IMG/VR virus record: IMGVR_UViG_3300034198_030405
Direction: 5' to 3' (one strand)
Source: an uncultured virus (IMG/VR IMGVR_UViG_3300034198_030405)
Taxonomy: Duplodnaviria; Heunggongvirae; Uroviricota; Caudoviricetes
DNA: 20,000 bases
In this document: in pieces, positions 16,979 to 20,000 of the stretch
How the letters are laid out: the number at the start of each line of letters is the position of its first letter
How positions within the stretch are numbered: the stretch's first letter is position 1
Notes under the pieces: generated by a model
What the model was told of the DNA's origin: nothing
Database searches by the model: none
What the model saw: the letters and a program-made list of their open reading frames with translations, nothing else
Program-made: the position numbers and the translations under genes

Positions 16979-17200
16979 TTACAAATCAATATCATCAGAA
17001 CCTAATTCCTCCTTCATTGCATTCATCATGTCATTGAGTGCATATACAGCTTCTTCTTTTGTCATAGACTCATGCCAATAATCATCAATTAAAAGAATAT
17101 CGGGTAAGTCCATGTAGCTCAGATTGAAGCTACTATTACATTTTTTATCCCATGCTTTGATGAATGACTCTAGAGTGATGTGTGTATCTGTGTTGTTCAT
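16979..17200 (-). CDS. Hypothetical acidic protein
   Basis: 73 aa ORF, packed 7 nt after the preceding ORF. Confidence 0.65.
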   Translation of the reverse strand: MNNTDTHITLESFIKAWDKKCNSSFNLSYMDLPDILLIDDYWHESMTKEEAVYALNDMMNAMKEELGSDDIDL

Positions 17201-17207
17201 ATTTAAA

Positions 17208-17495
17208 TTATGTTTTGGGTGATTCTTTTTGCATTTCTTCAGATCCTGTTTTTAGAAATGCGGACTGTGCAAACGTCGGTTCAAAATCCTGCCCGTCATT
17301 AATGACTGCTAAACCTGTAATGTCTATGAGGTCCTTGCGAAGAAGACTCAGCAGCGTCTCTGCAATTAGAGCCTTGGCGACCCAATCTTCAATAATGATG
17401 CGCTCAGAGCTGCGAATTTCATTGCGGTCAAAATCATCTACAATCTTAGTGTAGAGATCGGGATCAGATTCATATAATTTACTGTTCATTTGCAT
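17208..17495 (-). CDS. Hypothetical acidic protein
   Basis: 95 aa ORF with protein-like composition. Confidence 0.65.
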   Translation of the reverse strand: MQMNSKLYESDPDLYTKIVDDFDRNEIRSSERIIIEDWVAKALIAETLLSLLRKDLIDITGLAVINDGQDFEPTFAQSAFLKTGSEEMQKESPKT

Positions 17496-17776
17496 TTAAT
17501 GTATGATGAGTCAATAGGCTATCAACTAAAAATATATGTCATAGTAAAATTTAAATAAAAACTTATCTTTTATAAGAGTGTTATACCGCTGGCTGTAATG
17601 CACGACTTCTTTTTAGATGCACATTTAGCATAAATAATTGTATGAATTTTTTTTGCAGTTACTACTTTTTTAAGAAATTTTTGCTGTTGTGTAGTTAATA
17701 TGGATATTCTACTTCTAGTTTCAGGTTTATTGGGTGTTGCTTTTGGTCTCTACCTTATAGTAACAGCTAGATGAAA

Positions 17777-17853
17777 TGATTTTTATGGACGGTAACGCTC
17801 CGTCTTTTCTCAGACCACAACTGAGGGCGATGACTTTCGTACGACGAGAGGAT
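17777..17853 (-). pseudogene. Degenerate tRNA-His(GTG)-like element
   Basis: Anticodon arm CTCAG-TTGTGGT-CTGAG and T-arm GACGG-AGCGTTA-CCGTC are intact, but the acceptor stem does not pair and there is no CCA. Ends approximate. Confidence 0.55.
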
Positions 17854-17861
17854 TTTAAAAA

Positions 17862-17935
17862 TGGTACCTGGTGTGGAAATCGAATACCTATTGAGGCTTT
17901 AGAAGAGCCTATCTTATCCATTAAACGAACCAGGC
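17862..17935 (-). tRNA. tRNA-Arg(TCT) with disrupted T-stem
   Basis: Acceptor GCCTGGT/ACCAGGT-ACCA and anticodon arm AGGCT-CTTCTAA-AGCCT; the T-stem pairs poorly. Confidence 0.7.
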
Positions 17936-17994
17936 ATTTGTTGTTTAACAAAACTATTATAATATGTTTACTATTTAAAAACAACTAATAAAAT

Positions 17995-18060
17995 TGGCGG
18001 CCCGTTAACTTCACCTGAAATTTGGAATCTCAGATGCCTAGGATTAACCAGCGACGGGCC
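17995..18060 (-). ncRNA. T-armless tRNA-like RNA with a CCA (Trp) loop
   Basis: Perfect 7 bp acceptor GGCCCGT/ACGGGCC-GCCA, 4 bp D-like stem, 8-9 bp stem with loop TTCCAAA, no T-arm. Confidence 0.5.
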
Positions 18061-18089
18061 AAGCGCTGGAGACGCACGCGTACTAGAAT

Positions 18090-18176
18090 TGGAGGACATA
18101 CAGAGTATCGCACTCTGCGTAGGAATTTAATCCACGTGGTTTTGCAGACCACTGCGTTCACTAGCTCGCTATTTGA
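18090..18176 (-). tRNA. tRNA-Cys(GCA)-like with long variable arm and degenerate 5' acceptor strand
   Basis: GTGGT-CTGCAAA-ACCAC; variable region GTGGATTAAATTCCTAC; T-arm CAGAG-TGCGATA-CTCTG; 3' TATGTCC-TCCA only partly pairs with the 5' strand. Confidence 0.6.
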
Positions 18177-18189
18177 AAATTGAAAATTT

Positions 18190-18330
18190 AGCGCCACACG
18201 GGGTAGCAAAGCCCGCTGGCGCTCGCAGAACATTCGCAAAGCTTGTGCAAGCGCGCTTACTATCAGAGCCGTCAGAGGTACTCGGCTTGCAAGATCGACC
18301 TCTGAGATTGCGGTTGATTGAATGTTCTGA
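18190..18330 (-). ncRNA. Unidentified GC-rich structured RNA inside the tRNA array
   Basis: 10 bp closing stem (18226-18235 / 18320-18329), 8 bp inner stem (18272-18279 / 18298-18305), and a 3' hairpin (18190-18196 / 18217-18223). Confidence 0.55.
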
Positions 18331-18333
18331 AAT

Positions 18334-18409
18334 TGGTGCCCGAGGTGAGACTCAAACTCACGATAGTCTGCGTGTAAGGCAGATACTTTAGTCACTAAGT
18401 TACTCAGGC
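18334..18409 (-). tRNA. tRNA-Val(TAC)
   Basis: GCCTGAG/CTCGGGC-ACCA; TCTGC-CTTACAC-GCAGA; T-arm GTGAG-TTTGAGT-CTCAC. Confidence 0.85.
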
Positions 18410-18417
18410 ATTTAAAA

Positions 18418-18579
18418 TTATTTTTTCTTCTTGAACCAACATATGATTTTTTTGATTAAATCCAGCGAGATAATTGGAATGAACCCTTCTCTATAGCCGT
18501 ATTTCTCAGCATTTTTTATATCTTGTGCCTTTTGCAAATGATTACTTTGTTCATTCCAGCTTTCGTTATTTTTATTCAT
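18418..18579 (-). CDS. Small hypothetical protein (MNKNNESW..., 53 aa) within the tRNA array
   Basis: The ORF lies between two tRNAs; the longer start at 18618 falls inside tRNA-Met. Confidence 0.5.
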   Translation of the reverse strand: MNKNNESWNEQSNHLQKAQDIKNAEKYGYREGFIPIISLDLIKKIICWFKKKK

Positions 18580-18586
18580 ATGAAAT

Positions 18587-18673
18587 TGGTTGCGGGGGCT
18601 GGACTCGAACCAGCACAAGCAATAATGTCTTCTGGTTATGAGCCAGACGTGTTAACCGTTACACTACCCCGCG
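18587..18673 (-). tRNA. tRNA-Met(CAT), initiator-like, with enlarged variable region
   Basis: 5' CGCGGGG with C1:A72 mismatch; TCTGG-CTCATAA-CCAGA; 16 nt variable region; GCTGG-TTCGAGT-CCAGC; ACCA end. Confidence 0.85.
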
Positions 18674-18715
18674 TTTAAAATTTAAATTAGACCACTTACT
18701 TACAATTTTGAAATT

Positions 18716-18750
18716 TGGCTCCCAAGCGTGGGGTTGAACCACGTTCAACT
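18716..18750 (-). pseudogene. tRNA 3' half remnant
   Basis: CGTGG-TTCAACC-CCACG-CTTGGGA-GCCA with no matching 5' half upstream. Confidence 0.55.
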
Positions 18751-18758
18751 GTTTAAAT

Positions 18759-18833
18759 TGGTGAACCTTAACGGTAATGCTCCGTTTTCTAGAAGTTAAA
18801 AGCTTCTTGCTTCACTGTTAAAGCTTAAGGTTC
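18759..18833 (-). tRNA. tRNA-Lys(TTT) with non-canonical T-loop
   Basis: GAACCTT/AAGGTTC-ACCA; AGAAG-CTTTTAA-CTTCT; AACGG-AGCATTA-CCGTT. Confidence 0.85.
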
Positions 18834-18850
18834 TTCTGTTAAAAGGAAAT

Positions 18851-18902
18851 TGGTCGCTCCCATGGGATTTGCACCCGTATCATTACAAGTGCCTACGGAG
18901 CA
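18851..18902 (-). pseudogene. Internally deleted mini-tRNA (~52 nt)
   Basis: GCTCC/GGAGC acceptor with GACCA end and T-arm GGG-TGCAAAT-CCC; D-arm absent; vestigial CA-CTTGTAA-TG loop. Confidence 0.5.
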
Positions 18903-18946
18903 TTAAAATTAATGCTTAGATTTTCAATATACCTGATGTATATCGA

Positions 18947-19324
18947 TTAACGCTGAAACGCTCTGCCTAGTATAGGCTTTTGTTGTGGAGCAGCTACATT
19001 ACCTGTAGTAAGCTTTTCAACCTCTTGTTTAAATGCGTCTAAGCTTTTAAATTGCTTTTGATCTAAACTAGCAAGCAATTCACTATTATTCGGCGTTGGT
19101 GATTTAAACGACGTACCTAAAATTTTATTTGCATCACCCTTTACTGAGACAGTAACGATACCATTATACACTGCTATACGTGCAACATCTTGTCCATTTA
19201 CAGCAACATTATATTGGTCTGCATTGCCTGGTGATTTACCTTGTTGCATTAATTCAACAGCTTCTTTAAAGAGTACCTTATTGATATATTTTTCAGCGAG
19301 AATATCTCGGTCTTTACGTGTCAT
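18947..19324 (-). CDS. Hypothetical protein with late promoter, inside the tRNA array
   Basis: 125 aa ORF; CATAAATA at 19331-19338. Confidence 0.75.
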   Translation of the reverse strand: MTRKDRDILAEKYINKVLFKEAVELMQQGKSPGNADQYNVAVNGQDVARIAVYNGIVTVSVKGDANKILGTSFKSPTPNNSELLASLDQKQFKSLDAFKQEVEKLTTGNVAAPQQKPILGRAFQR

Positions 19325-19377
19325 ATGTTTTATTTATGCAAAATGTTATAATTTTGTTATTAACAATAACAAAAATT

Positions 19378-19454
19378 TGGTGCCCGTAGAAGGATTCGAA
19401 CCCTCAACATTATGATCCTAAGTCATACGCCTCTACCAATTGGGCTATACGGGC
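19378..19454 (-). tRNA. tRNA-Leu(TAG) with short variable loop
   Basis: GCCCGTA/TACGGGC-ACCA; TATGA-CTTAGGA-TCATA; GGTTCGAATCC. Confidence 0.9.
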
Positions 19455-19462
19455 ATTTAAAC

Positions 19463-19542
19463 TGGCGAGCATGGCAGGAATTGCACCCGCATGTTTCTAA
19501 TTAACCTTTCAACGCGTTCGTAGCGCGAGGGTATACATGCTC
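19463..19542 (-). tRNA. D-armless tRNA-Arg(ACG)-like RNA with long extra region
   Basis: GAGCATG/CATGCTC-GCCA; CGCG-CTACGAA-CGCG; T-arm GCGGG-TGCAATT-CCTGC; no D-arm. Confidence 0.6.
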
Positions 19543-19550
19543 ATTTAAAA

Positions 19551-19626
19551 TGGCATCCGGTGTAGGAATCGAACCTACCCACTCAGATTTGGAGTCTAAG
19601 TCGCCAGCCTTGGAACATTACCGGAT
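19551..19626 (-). tRNA. tRNA-Trp(CCA)
   Basis: ATCCGGT/ACCGGAT-GCCA; TTAGA-CTCCAAA-TCTGA; GTAGG-TTCGATT-CCTAC. Confidence 0.9.
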
Positions 19627-19632
19627 ATAAAT

Positions 19633-19706
19633 TGGTCTTTCTGGCAGGAATTGAACCTGCGTCGCTGCCTTATCAAGACAGAGCTAAACCACTCAGCTAC
19701 AGAAGG
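19633..19706 (-). tRNA. tRNA-Ile(GAT)
   Basis: CCTTCTG/CAGAAAG-ACCA (1 mismatch); CTGTC-TTGATAA-GGCAG; GCAGG-TTCAATT-CCTGC. Confidence 0.8.
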
Positions 19707-19714
19707 TTTAAAAT

Positions 19715-19789
19715 TAGTACCTCTAGTTGGATTTGCACCAACGTCTATGGTTTATCGGTCCATTGCTAAAGCTACTCAGCTACAGAGGC
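19715..19789 (-). tRNA. Second tRNA-Ile(GAT)-like copy, partly degenerate
   Basis: Shares CTGTAGCTGAGT..TTTAGC with the adjacent Ile tRNA; loop CCGATAA (C33), A:A mismatch closing the anticodon stem, ends ACTA. Confidence 0.6.
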
Positions 19790-19798
19790 ATTTGAAAT

Positions 19799-19875
19799 TG
19801 GTCGGGTGAGTGGGTAACGCTCCCACATATACTCGGATCCAAACCGAGTTCGTTTACTTGTCCAGACACCACCCG
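19799..19875 (-). tRNA. tRNA-Pro(TGG) with non-canonical T-loop
   Basis: CGGGTGG/TCACCCG-ACCA; CTCGG-TTTGGAT-CCGAG; GTGGG-AGCGTTA-CCCAC. Confidence 0.85.
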
Positions 19876-20000
19876 AATAAAAATTGAATTGTAGGATGGT
19901 CGCGAGGTTTTACCCGAAACGCCACACCATCAGTCTTTCGGCCACACACTAACATTGCTGTTCTACAAAAAAGCGAGGAGAGCTGCGGTCCTGCCCCGCA

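Noticed and set aside
18190..18330. Hammerhead or theta (HDV-like) ribozyme assignment
   Set aside because: No complete CUGANGA/GAAA core, and I could not build the HDV nested double pseudoknot by eye; kept as unidentified RNA.
17727..18395. ORFs 17727..17984, 17776..17988, 18030..18395 and 18173..18391
   Set aside because: They run across tRNA and ncRNA structures, so are most likely spurious.
1..20000. Stop-codon recoding or suppressor tRNA
   Set aside because: Long genes are intact in the standard code, TAG, TGA and TAA all terminate genes at expected positions, and no CTA, TCA or TTA anticodon was found.
19972..20000. Probable 3' end of another tRNA-like element (TGCGG-GGCAGGA-CCGCA hairpin)
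   Set aside because: Truncated by the window edge and lacks CCA, so it cannot be identified.

Overview
A 20 kb segment of a large T4-like myophage genome, AT-rich, standard code, with most genes on the minus strand. In transcription order (right to left) it has: (1) a tRNA array (~17.7-20 kb) holding canonical tRNAs, many non-canonical, armless or decayed tRNA-like elements and at least two unexplained structured RNAs; (2) small ORFs and a holin-like gene; (3) an unexpected Planctomycetes/Verrucomicrobia-type envelope module of two Tat-signal DUF1501 proteins, a secreted DUF1549/DUF1553 (PSD1-type) CxxCH protein and a flavodoxin-like protein; (4) a rearranged head/neck block gp15-gp20-gp13-gp21-small ORF-gp22-gp23; (5) an HNH nuclease + DNA methyltransferase cassette flanked by a duplicated g23 terminator; (6) small basic ORFs. 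Almost every gene, including the DUF1501/PSD1 genes, has a T4 late-promoter-like TAAATA box 5-7 nt before the ATG, implying leaderless late transcripts. All family calls come from motif recognition by eye, not from database searches.
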